Assembly: GCA_964386705.1 (NCBI GenBank)
Contig: CAYLTY010000003.1
Location: forward strand, 14,026-78,025
DNA length: 64,000 nucleotides
Reading direction: 5' to 3'
Source: an uncultured Planctomycetaceae bacterium
GTDB lineage: Bacteria > Planctomycetota > Planctomycetia > Planctomycetales > Planctomycetaceae
Positions 29,785 to 38,783 of the stretch are shown here, one piece after another. Position numbers and translations under genes: made by a program. The stretch's first letter is position 1, and every line of letters begins with the position of its first letter. The notes below the pieces were generated by a model, which was given only the letters and a program-made list of their open reading frames with translations, did not search any database and was not told where the DNA came from.

Positions 29785-30981
29785 CTAAGGGGCAACTACC
29801 TTCGCCAACACGTTCTTTAGAACGTGCGCCGAAATCAGATGGTCCCGGTGAGTGTCGTCGATGAACACCGACCAGTCGCCGTTGTTGATGCCCTTGGTCA
29901 GCTGCACGAGCGGTGCGTCATAGGTCTTGTAGACGTCTCCGCTGAAGCAACACAGATCGAATTGATTCAGCACCTGAATCTGTTTACGCGGACGGCCATC
30001 CTGCTGCGCGATCCCACCCAAAGCGAAGACTTCCAGCCACGAGGCAATACCAGTCGCTCGGTCGAGGACGCCGTCCTTATCGGAATCTTCCTCGCCGAAG
30101 ATGGGGCGATACTCTTGTTCGGCATCGCCCGCGCTGCCGGGGCTGAACGGTCGCGCGTATAAGGGCAGGGCACCAGCGACCGGAATCGAGACATCGATCC
30201 GGGTATCAACCGCCGCGTAGAGATGCGTCGTCCAGCCGCCGCCGGAAAGCCCAATCATCAGTGTCTGCTTAGGATTAGGATACTCCGCCAGCATCTCGTT
30301 CAGGGCCTGAGTAATCGGTTCGAGAAAGAACCGCATCGTGCCCGCTTTCAAAGTGGGTTCGACCTTCGAGAACAGTTCGTCGTGTCCGGGAGTGCGGCGT
30401 TGACGGATCTCGAACTTCCTGCCCTCAATGACGCAGTCCGTGTCGCGATTCCAGGCAACCAGAGGCATCTGAATGATGGCCACCACATAGCCATCTCGGA
30501 GTAGTTGATTCACAGAATCGCTCAACCCGGCCACCAGATAGTTCGCCGCGCCTTCGGGCATGTGACCGCCGTGGACAATGGCCAGCTTGGAACCGGCTGG
30601 GCCGTCGGACTTAGGCGTGACCACATACACATCCGCGTGCCAATCGAACCCCGACACATCGACATCGAGCCGCCTGGCTACCGCGTACAAACTCGCATCA
30701 ATGCTGGCGAGCTCGGGAACCCCGTTTGTCAGGTCGTGCTTGGCGGGGCGAGTCTTAGGCAGCCCCTCGGGCCAGATCGCGCGAATCAACCGTTCGCGTG
30801 TCGCCTCGGCTTCGGTCGAGTTATGGAACCGGACCAGGCCCTCGATCCGAAAGTCCTTCAACGCTTCCAGCTTGGCCTGCGCAGCGACATCACGAGCCCA
30901 CAGCAGGCACAAACCAAGCAACAGGGCAGTACGCCAGAAGCGACCGGAAACCGACGCGGCTTGTCGTTCAATGTCACGCAT
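29785..30981 (-). CDS. Secreted alpha/beta-hydrolase-like protein (GxSxG: GLSGGG)
   Basis: ATG at 30981 (the track start at 30987 is TTG). Signal-like RFWRTALLLGLCLLWARDVAAQ. Nucleophile-elbow-like LMIGLSGGGWTTHLYAA. Confidence 0.6.
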   Translation of the reverse strand: MRDIERQAASVSGRFWRTALLLGLCLLWARDVAAQAKLEALKDFRIEGLVRFHNSTEAEATRERLIRAIWPEGLPKTRPAKHDLTNGVPELASIDASLYAVARRLDVDVSGFDWHADVYVVTPKSDGPAGSKLAIVHGGHMPEGAANYLVAGLSDSVNQLLRDGYVVAIIQMPLVAWNRDTDCVIEGRKFEIRQRRTPGHDELFSKVEPTLKAGTMRFFLEPITQALNEMLAEYPNPKQTLMIGLSGGGWTTHLYAAVDTRIDVSIPVAGALPLYARPFSPGSAGDAEQEYRPIFGEEDSDKDGVLDRATGIASWLEVFALGGIAQQDGRPRKQIQVLNQFDLCCFSGDVYKTYDAPLVQLTKGINNGDWSVFIDDTHRDHLISAHVLKNVLAKVVAP

Positions 30982-31194
30982 CTTCAATTCTCGTTTCTGT
31001 AGGCAGTCATTCGGAACTTAGAGAATCAGCGTCACCCAAAACGGTTCTCTCCGCACGTTGAGGACGCGCCGGATCGGACTCCGATAGTCCCCGTTTGCTT
31101 CGTGTGCGATGTATACCGGCGCTCCGGTAATCACGACGAGCAGCGGGGCGGAGATCCTGGAACGCACTGGCCTTCGCTTGCCTTGGCATGGCAA

Positions 31195-32187
31195 CTACCA
31201 CTGTAGCCATTGTCGCAGCTCCTCTGAGATTTTGGCATCTTGAGCGACCTTTGTAAGGACGCGCCCCAATCCGTCGGCGAAACGACCTGAGTCCTTTTCA
31301 TGTTGGTAGAGCAATTCATCCAGCCCAACATTGTTGGTTTCCGGTGTTTCGACCACATATCCACTCTCGGTGTCCTCTTGATAGTGGAAAGTGCATCCCA
31401 GAACTGGCGCCCGCATCAAGTAAACGCTGGAAAACTCACGGTTGTTGCCTCCATGAGGCAAGGGGCTGTCGATGGTAAAGCTGTACTCTTGCCCCAATCG
31501 CCGCAACTGGCCCAAGCTCCACGCTAAGGGATTATTACCTATCGACTGGCGGAGTTCCGAGTTCGCCTCCCGGAGTGCAGTTTCAAGCGACGATCGATCC
31601 CCAGGTGTTTCATGACCACCAAACGCGTCGAGTTGTCCGGCAAAGAGCACATCGGAATGGCGATACTGAACGACTAATGTTCCAGGACTTTGGCTAAGCA
31701 GTAGAATCACAGTGCGATGCATGAGTCCGTTCCGATGGACCGTTGAGTAGAGTTCCGGCTCCAACTCCTGATTATCCTGATCGACAACGCGAATCAGAGT
31801 GTCGCCAGCTCCGTTCGGAAACGTTGGCGAACGGGCCACTCCAGCTTGGAACAAAAACTGTGCGATCTCCCCGTGCCCCGAAGCCGAGGCCTGCGCGATC
31901 TGATGAATAAGCTCTTGATCGCTGAGAGCTGCGAGCCTGCCCAGAATGGAGGTGGCTCCGACTGGCCGAGTGAGTTCAGCCGCTGTTGTGCCCAATGTTG
32001 TGGCGAGGCGGTGAAGTATGGCGCGCTGGATCGATTCCGTCAGGTTCTTGCTATTAGACTTATCTCGAATCGTTCTTTCCGAGACGTCGCTAGCAATGGC
32101 CAATTCCTTCGCAGTGATGCATTTCATGGCCATGAAATAATTTAACGTCTTGGGATAAATTAATTCGGTTCCGTTTTTACTATCCAT
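31195..32187 (-). CDS. XRE-type HTH domain fused to a C-terminal Nudix-like (IDI/YfcD-like) domain
   Basis: HTH: MKCITAKELAIASDVSERTIRDKSN...LATTLGTTAAELT. Nudix-like core: HRNGLMHRTVILLL...QLDAFGGHETPGDRSSLETALREANSELR. The ATG at 32187 (MDSKNG) is preferred. The ORF is open to 32292, which would overlap the upstream gene by 22 nt. Confidence 0.65.
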   Translation of the reverse strand: MDSKNGTELIYPKTLNYFMAMKCITAKELAIASDVSERTIRDKSNSKNLTESIQRAILHRLATTLGTTAAELTRPVGATSILGRLAALSDQELIHQIAQASASGHGEIAQFLFQAGVARSPTFPNGAGDTLIRVVDQDNQELEPELYSTVHRNGLMHRTVILLLSQSPGTLVVQYRHSDVLFAGQLDAFGGHETPGDRSSLETALREANSELRQSIGNNPLAWSLGQLRRLGQEYSFTIDSPLPHGGNNREFSSVYLMRAPVLGCTFHYQEDTESGYVVETPETNNVGLDELLYQHEKDSGRFADGLGRVLTKVAQDAKISEELRQWLQW

Positions 32188-32270
32188 TCTTGAGCCTGTA
32201 AGAAAAGAAGCTCTGGGGAAAGAATCTAGAGATGAGAGCCCCGATGGGCGCTCATCTCCTTCACTGGGTG

Positions 32271-32930
32271 CTACGCGTTCGCCGCGATGCATTCCTTGAA
32301 ACGCCGCGTCACTGGGTCGGTGGAGTCGAGTAGCCGCTTAAGCAGCCGTCCTGCCCCATCGGCATAGTTCTGTGGGCTCTTCGCATAGTCAGCTTTCAAG
32401 TCATCGAGTGTCAGGGCGCGCTGGTTGAGTTTCTCGTGCCGCCCGTGATCTCCCTCGTCCGCACACGACACCCGCACATCCTCGGGTACAAACAAGCAAT
32501 ACCCGGTGCTAAGTTCCATGTTAAGTTCTGACTCTGCGTACAGTTCCCCGTAGTCGGTAAAACGAACGAGCGCCAAGTCATCTACTAGCAGAGGCTCCCC
32601 ATCCTTGGTAAGCCGCGCTTCTTCAGATGCTTCTCTCAGAGCGGCGCAATCAATTACCTGCTGCAGCAAGTCGGGGTTATTGATAGCGCGCATGTCAGCG
32701 GTGACGTGCCCGCCCAGGATATCAAATGCGCCTGGATAAAGCCTCTTGGTATGGGGCCGCTGCATAAGGATGATCTTCATCATCGGACAGAGCATGAGCA
32801 CGATCAGCACCGTGGTGTGTACTATCCTATGCGCATGCGCATACGGGTAACTAACCAGGCCCCCGGCATTAAGCCGGTTCTCCTTGTTCATCTCTACTGC
32901 AAATAGCAGTTCTTCGAGTAGTCGCTTCAT
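32271..32930 (-). CDS. Nudix-like protein, paralogous to the C-terminal domain of the downstream HTH protein
   Basis: HRIVHTTVLIVL...AFDILGGHVTADMRAINNPDLLQQVIDCAALREASEEARL retains RExxEE. The C-terminal YADGAGRLLKRLL parallels FADGLGRVLTKV in the neighbour. Confidence 0.65.
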   Translation of the reverse strand: MKRLLEELLFAVEMNKENRLNAGGLVSYPYAHAHRIVHTTVLIVLMLCPMMKIILMQRPHTKRLYPGAFDILGGHVTADMRAINNPDLLQQVIDCAALREASEEARLTKDGEPLLVDDLALVRFTDYGELYAESELNMELSTGYCLFVPEDVRVSCADEGDHGRHEKLNQRALTLDDLKADYAKSPQNYADGAGRLLKRLLDSTDPVTRRFKECIAANA

Positions 32931-33424
32931 CTCTTTCGGTCTCCGCGATAGTAAAAAATGTGAGATTGTTCAACTGAGAACGCTGGCCAGCGTGTTTGAA
33001 TTGTGCGATTGGTTGGGGCGTCCTTGAATAGCGGCAAGTGCAAAACGCGAACTTTCTAACGCAGCTCTTTTTCCTCATTTTTCCATTCAGGCGATCAACC
33101 CTTGTTCGGTGAACGTTCAGCATCGCTGTCTGAAGTCCGCCACCGTGTTCCGCCGGAGAGAGATACGAGGTGTTCGGCTCGATGGGTGAAGGGCAAGAAC
33201 ACGAGTTAGATTGGAGGCAGAAAGCGCCGCGCATCTTGTCGCTGCGACGCCGCTAGACCGCAGACAGTCAACCGGGCACGCCCGTGATTGCCGACGGTCT
33301 AAACCTTCTGTTGATGGCGGTCAGGTACAACGTGATGATTGTTCCGCTATTGGACACGTTCTACGGAGCTTGGTAGCCAGTCAGCTCTATTTTGAAGATA
33401 TCATTTATGCTGGAGGCGATCAGA

Positions 33425-35401
33425 ATGCCCCAACCTGGGATGGCGTTGCGATTTCGACCTAGTCCTGTGCGTCGACGTTGGTTGTCAGTTGCGCGGATTC
33501 TGATCGTGATCGCGGCTGTGATTCTATCACCGCTCGCGACGAGGGCGGATGAAAATCCATTTGGGCTACCGGCGCCGGATGATCAAAGTCGGCTCGGATC
33601 GGTCATGTTGCATGGCGGTGGGCAAGGCCTGCAGAGCGAGGTCCGCCACGAATTCGTGCGGCTGGCTGGTGGTCGGGATGCTCGCCTCCTGCTGCTGCCT
33701 TCCGAGATGTGCCAATTTGGCAAGGATGAAAACGGCGAATCGCGGGACAAGAGTGAATCCGCTGACGAGTACGAAAGCCGTCTCAGCCACTTCGCAACTT
33801 ACGGCCGGTGGGTGGCGCTGCGCGAAGATCGCCAAGTCGCGGACTTTCAGTTTCTGTATCGCGATCCCAAGAACGATCCCAACGACGCACGGTTCTTTGC
33901 GTTGCTCGAAAAGGCGACCGGCATCTGGATGCCAGCGCTCGATCAGGGAACGTTGCCGAACCTCTTCAAGAAAGAACCTGCCAAGCAGGAGCTGTTTCAA
34001 CGAGCTTTGCGGGAGATTGTGGCTCGCGGCGGCGTGGTGGGAGGACTTGGCGGCGGCATGGCAAGTCTGCCGGAAACGATCATCGCCGGTGATGCCTCGA
34101 AGGATGAGGATGCTGACGGCTGGGTGCGTGCGGAACTGGACTTCGGATTGGGGCTGCTCAGCGGAGTGATCGTCGATCAGACATTCAGTTCATGGAAGGG
34201 GCGCCTGGAGCGATTGACCGACTTGCTGCGCAACGGGCCGCGACTCGATCGTCTGCAGCGCAAACCGGGTATTGAACGCCGCACGATTGGCCTGGGCGTC
34301 GAGGCACATACAGTTCTTATATTATCTGGTAATACCATCCGGGCGTTCGGCGAAGGACGCGGCCATATCTTTCTCAAGAGCAACGGCGATCGCACAATTA
34401 CCTGGCGAACGCTCGAAGCCGGCGACGCGCCACTCGTCGTGCGAACGCAATCGGCGAGACTGCGGCGATTGGAACATGCTCAGGCCGATCCGGCGGGAGT
34501 CATCTTCAATCCGTTGGGTATTCCCGCTGCTCTCGACCCGTCTCGTCCGGGAACCGTCGTTCTGCACGGTGGCGGCGACACGGATGAAATCGTGGACACA
34601 CTTCCGAAGCTCGCCGGTACGCCGAAGCCGAGGCTGGTGCATTGCCCGGCCGCGCGGCAAAGCTGCCGACCTCGCGACGGAGTGAGCACTCAGCAATTGG
34701 CTCAGCATCTGGAAGACACCTTCTTCGAGTGGCGACAGTTACAAACCCAGGGGCGGCTGAAGTCACTCTCGTTCGCCACTACGAATGATCCCGCCGATGC
34801 CAGCCGCGAGGAATTCGTTCGCGACCTGAAGCAAGCGGACGCTCTGTGGTTCTGCGGCGGCAATCAGCGACCGCTGGCTTATCTCTTCGTCGATCACCTG
34901 CGACCGACGCTGTTTCAACGTGAGGCTCTCCATATCGTTCGCCGAGGAGGCGTGATCGGCGGCTCATCCGCAGGCCTGGCGATCATGGCTGATGTCATGA
35001 TCGAGGGAGATGATTCTGAAGACGGCGGACCAGCCGCAGCCAACTTGTCGCGAGGGCTCGGCGTCCTGAAACATTGCCTCGCCGAGCAACACTTCGACGC
35101 CCGCAGCGGTCGCATTGAACGCCTCACCGGCCTGCTGCGCGACCATAAGCGACTGGCCAACTTCGCTCCGACGTGCGAACCCAAGAAGATGATCGGCCTC
35201 GCGGTCGAAGAAGACACCGCCCTGATCGCTCAAGCCAACCGCCTGCGAGTCTCCGGCAAGAAGCTGGCGCACATCTTCCTGCAAGCCTCCGACCCGCGAG
35301 TCGTCACCTGGCACGCCCTCCAATCCGGCGACGCCGCCATCCTGCAACCCTCAGACAACGGCTACGTCCTGGAACTCGAAGACTGGGTAGTTCACGAGTA
35401 G
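33425..35401 (+). CDS. Secreted tandem peptidase-S51 (cyanophycinase/dipeptidase E-like) protein; the N-terminal copy lacks catalytic residues
   Basis: GGAGG lies 8 nt upstream of the ATG at 33425. There is a membrane/signal segment (WLSVARILIVIAAVILSPLATRA). The two halves align: VMLHGGGQG.../VVLHGGGDT..., GVVGGLGGGMASL/GVIGGSSAGLAIM, VDQTFSSWKGRLERL/AEQHFDARSGRIERL. Confidence 0.75.
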   Translation: MPQPGMALRFRPSPVRRRWLSVARILIVIAAVILSPLATRADENPFGLPAPDDQSRLGSVMLHGGGQGLQSEVRHEFVRLAGGRDARLLLLPSEMCQFGKDENGESRDKSESADEYESRLSHFATYGRWVALREDRQVADFQFLYRDPKNDPNDARFFALLEKATGIWMPALDQGTLPNLFKKEPAKQELFQRALREIVARGGVVGGLGGGMASLPETIIAGDASKDEDADGWVRAELDFGLGLLSGVIVDQTFSSWKGRLERLTDLLRNGPRLDRLQRKPGIERRTIGLGVEAHTVLILSGNTIRAFGEGRGHIFLKSNGDRTITWRTLEAGDAPLVVRTQSARLRRLEHAQADPAGVIFNPLGIPAALDPSRPGTVVLHGGGDTDEIVDTLPKLAGTPKPRLVHCPAARQSCRPRDGVSTQQLAQHLEDTFFEWRQLQTQGRLKSLSFATTNDPADASREEFVRDLKQADALWFCGGNQRPLAYLFVDHLRPTLFQREALHIVRRGGVIGGSSAGLAIMADVMIEGDDSEDGGPAAANLSRGLGVLKHCLAEQHFDARSGRIERLTGLLRDHKRLANFAPTCEPKKMIGLAVEEDTALIAQANRLRVSGKKLAHIFLQASDPRVVTWHALQSGDAAILQPSDNGYVLELEDWVVHE

Positions 35402-35948
35402 TCTCAACTCGCCCGCGAGTTCGGTGATTTCTGGCCTTGGAGTGCTCCGGTTCGACGGAGCTTTCCATTCTTTGCGGCGCAGCGGTAACAGATGCCAAAG
35501 CGGCCCATGCCGTCATGAATCAGTGTCCGAAAAGGCTCTCATCCCAACTTGGTTGAACACTGGAGTTGCTCTCTTCAACCATCTTGATTCTCGCAAACAT
35601 ATGCAGGGCTAGATCGAGCCTCAGCACTTCAAGTTGGTCGCTCTAAATCAGAGTGTGGGAACGAAAAATATTCGCGAGATTTCCCACGCAACTAGGCGAG
35701 ATCTACGATCTTTTAACGGTGGAATCCGTTTGCTGGGAGCACCGACTTCGCCTCTTCATGACCCTCGATTTCGATGCCGTAATGGCGTGCCATTCTTCAT
35801 CCACATGCCCAAGAATCTCAAAGATTTCCCTCGTTGATCACGGGGGCTTCGAGCGAAACCCAAGGCGTTGAGAGTTTCTGCTTCATCGTCTGCATGAAGT
35901 GAGTATCCCGACTCGATGTTACTCCAACCATCTCCAACCGAGGCAAGC

Positions 35949-36860
35949 ATGGACCGATACTTCTTCTACAACACCAACATCCCGAGAGATCTCAGAAACG
36001 TTGATTTCTTGCTCAGAGAACGTTGCGCCATCACAAGTGGCGGTGCGAACTACGGCGAACAGCTTGCAAGTCTTGAAGTCGGCGACACCTTGTTGATGTA
36101 CGAGAATGAGACTGGCTTTATTGGAGTCGGCACAGTTGTTGAAACTTGGGATGGCAACCAAGCCTCGCCCACGCCGTACTACCCAAATCGCGCCCCCGGC
36201 TTAGATGAGTATCGAATCACCGTGGATTGGGATCGCGAACTGACTTTGCAGCTGATGGACAACCCAATTAGCCTTGATGAACTACGGCAAGAATTTAAAT
36301 CACCGAAATATACGCCGCGTGGAGTGCATTCCGCCGTACTCAAGATTGACAAACACAACGCGGCAGCGGCTCGGTTGGTCAAAGAACTTCGGACGCATCG
36401 CAGATCAGCGCCAACGAGCGAAATAGGAAGAGATATCCAGGAGACGACTAGTCGAAGTGACATCGGAGCGACGACGAAAGCGACTCAAATTGAGTCTCGA
36501 ATTGGTCAGGGCAAGTTTCGAGATGATGTGCTCAAACGATGGCAGGGTCGTTGTGCTGTAACGGGGTCAACGACTCGTGGTGCCATTCGAGCGTCGCACA
36601 TCAAACCGTGGAGCAAATCGACCGACGAAGAGCGACTGGACCCCCACAACGGCATTCCGCTCATTGCCACGCTGGATGCCCTCTTCGATGCGGGGCAGAT
36701 CTCGTTTGACGCGACGGGCATGATGTTGGTTGCAGATACGCTGAGTGACGAAGAGCGACACATCCTCGGCGTCTCGAGGCCGTGTCGCATTAAGCCAGTA
36801 TCCGCAGAGACCGCAATGTATCTTCAGTTGCATCGAACGACTCATGGATTTGCGAAATGA
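35949..36860 (+). CDS. PUA-like (EVE/ASCH-type) N-terminal domain fused to HNH_2-type nuclease; candidate modification-dependent (type IV) restriction enzyme
   Basis: The C-terminus RIGQGKFRDDVLKRWQGRCAVTGSTTRGAIRASHIKPWSKSTDEERLDPHNGIPLIATLDALFDAGQISFD matches the HNH_2 (PF13391-type) pattern. The N-terminus LEVGDTLLMYENETGFIGVGTVVETW resembles PUA-like reader folds. ATG at 35949. Confidence 0.75.
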   Translation: MDRYFFYNTNIPRDLRNVDFLLRERCAITSGGANYGEQLASLEVGDTLLMYENETGFIGVGTVVETWDGNQASPTPYYPNRAPGLDEYRITVDWDRELTLQLMDNPISLDELRQEFKSPKYTPRGVHSAVLKIDKHNAAAARLVKELRTHRRSAPTSEIGRDIQETTSRSDIGATTKATQIESRIGQGKFRDDVLKRWQGRCAVTGSTTRGAIRASHIKPWSKSTDEERLDPHNGIPLIATLDALFDAGQISFDATGMMLVADTLSDEERHILGVSRPCRIKPVSAETAMYLQLHRTTHGFAK

Positions 36861-36953
36861 GCGAGGACTGTCTGGGTCATCCATGTAGCAAGTTACTCGG
36901 TTGATGCTCTCAAGATTGAAGCATCAGAAAGGCAACCTCATCCCAGTTGCAGA

Positions 36954-37463
36954 TCAACGCTGATCGAACACAGAACTGGCTCGGACGAAAACGACTCGGT
37001 CGATAACCGTGGAAGGCAGAGTTGGGATGCCGGACTCAGGCGATGATCCTGTGCCGGCGTTTCCAATCGGCGCGCCATCCAGATCAAACCACGTTTCCCG
37101 ATAGCAGCGAGACTGAAAGCGTTTGGCTGACGAGTCATATTCTACAGCAGCTCCCAATCGCCCATGAAAGGGTGCGAGAACCTTAATCTCGTGCGTGGCT
37201 GGATCGCGGCGGGCGTAGACGTAGCCGACGACGCGATCTCTCAGTCGTACCCAGGCGTCATGACGCGGCGCAGCGATACCGAAGACTACAGGATCGCCAT
37301 CCTCGGGAACCTGTGACACGGGTCCCACGGCCAGCCATTCCGAAACAGAATCGGGCCGTTCGGTGAGGGGCGAAGCCACGAACGCCAGCCCCACCGAGCC
37401 TACGAACAGGAATGGCACGATCAGCAGCACAACGGTCACGATCTGCGTGGCGGCTCTGTTCAT
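36954..37463 (-). CDS. Membrane-anchored Rieske-like domain protein lacking the full set of Fe-S ligands
   Basis: N-terminal TM (IVTVVLLIVPFLFVGSVGLAFV). WLAVGPVSQVPEDGDPVVF... then APFHGRLGA...FQSRCYRETWFDLDGAPI sits where Rieske proteins carry CxHxGC...CPCHGSxFdxxG. Confidence 0.45.
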   Translation of the reverse strand: MNRAATQIVTVVLLIVPFLFVGSVGLAFVASPLTERPDSVSEWLAVGPVSQVPEDGDPVVFGIAAPRHDAWVRLRDRVVGYVYARRDPATHEIKVLAPFHGRLGAAVEYDSSAKRFQSRCYRETWFDLDGAPIGNAGTGSSPESGIPTLPSTVIDRVVFVRASSVFDQR

Positions 37464-37630
37464 GATGCGTACTACTCAGAGCAAAGAGAGTTGCAACGGC
37501 CAGGCTTTATCTGACACGACACTGTGTCAATCTCATTTTTGCGAAGTCTTCATGTCAGATTCCGCTTGTGATTGGGTTAACAGAGCCAGAGTTCCGCGAA
37601 CTTCTCAACCTTTCACTTCCGGGGTGTGAC

Positions 37631-38662
37631 ATGCGAAGACTTGTTTCGTCACTTGCAGTTCTGTTGGCGCTGGTTGCCAGCGCCCAGGCAGAAGTCATCA
37701 ATGTTCTGTCATGGAATGTCGAAAGCGGCCAGGCCGAGCCCGAGGTCATTGCAGATCAGATCGGCGCGTTTGAGGGCTATGAGTTACTGGGATTCTCTGA
37801 AGTCGATCCAGACGATGCCGCCGGCTACGCATCTGCCTGCACCGAAGGAGAATCAGCCAACTTTGAGTTCCTGCTCGGCACCACGGGGAGCAACGACAGG
37901 TTGATGCTCGTCTGGAATTCCGACCGCTTCGAAGCGCTTCAGGAGCTTGAGTTGATGCATCTGCGAGCGCAAACCGGACGTGCGCCGCTGGCCGTGAAGC
38001 TGCGTGAAAGGAATACGACGAACACGTTCTGGTTCATGGTCAATCACCTGCATCGCGGCAGTGAAATCAAACGCAACCAGCAGGCAGCCGGATTGCGTCA
38101 GTGGTTCATAGACCAGTCAATCCCCGTCGTCGCCTGTGGGGACTACAACATGGACGTTGTGCCCTCGACTGGACTGGGGAACGAAGCCTTTGACATCATT
38201 CGACAAGGCGACCACGTTCGCTGGGTGGAGCCACAGCCCCGGATACCAACGCAATCATCGGCTCATCAAAGCATTCTGGACTTCTTCTTCGTGAATGATG
38301 ACGCCATCAGTTGGCAGATCAGTTCGAGAATCATCCGTATCCCGAGCGAGTTCGAGCCCGTGAACGAGAAGAGCGACCATCGTCCCATCGATGCGACGAT
38401 CAACATCCCCACGGTCACTCCGAGTCCGTTCACGCGAGGGCGCGGATTCGGCCCGCTGGCAGCGAACTCCACCGAGCGGCCAATTCGAGGAACGGCAGAG
38501 CGAAGCGGACACGAACGCGGTAACGGTATGAACACTCGCGAGCTTGAAATACGGCCTCGATCTTCTGACAACCGCAGCACTGACGAGGCGTTACTCGACG
38601 AGATCAAGCGCCTGCGCGAGCAGCTCGAACGATTGGAACAGAAAATTCGAGAGCGCCGTTAA
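37631..38662 (+). CDS. Secreted endonuclease/exonuclease/phosphatase (EEP) family protein with disordered tail and C-terminal coiled coil
   Basis: ATG at 37631. Signal peptide MRRLVSSLAVLLALVASAQA. EEP motifs: VLSWNVESG, NHLHRG, ACGDYNMD, SDHRPI. The C-terminus is EALLDEIKRLREQLERLEQKIRERR. Confidence 0.8.
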   Translation: MRRLVSSLAVLLALVASAQAEVINVLSWNVESGQAEPEVIADQIGAFEGYELLGFSEVDPDDAAGYASACTEGESANFEFLLGTTGSNDRLMLVWNSDRFEALQELELMHLRAQTGRAPLAVKLRERNTTNTFWFMVNHLHRGSEIKRNQQAAGLRQWFIDQSIPVVACGDYNMDVVPSTGLGNEAFDIIRQGDHVRWVEPQPRIPTQSSAHQSILDFFFVNDDAISWQISSRIIRIPSEFEPVNEKSDHRPIDATINIPTVTPSPFTRGRGFGPLAANSTERPIRGTAERSGHERGNGMNTRELEIRPRSSDNRSTDEALLDEIKRLREQLERLEQKIRERR

Positions 38663-38680
38663 GCGTCGGGCCAAAACCAG

Positions 38681-38718
38681 CAGCAGCAAGCCGCGCGTCT
38701 ATCGCGAGCTTGCTGTTG
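38681..38718 (+). terminator. Stem-loop downstream of the EEP gene
   Basis: CAGCAGCAAGC-(16 nt containing CGCG..CGCG)-GCTTGCTGTTG. There is one mismatch and no clear U-tract. Confidence 0.35.
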
Positions 38719-38783
38719 TCTGAGCAATCCCTTCCGCGCGGCCGGCGGCATGACGCTCGGAGTCGTTGAGCACGACTCGCTGA

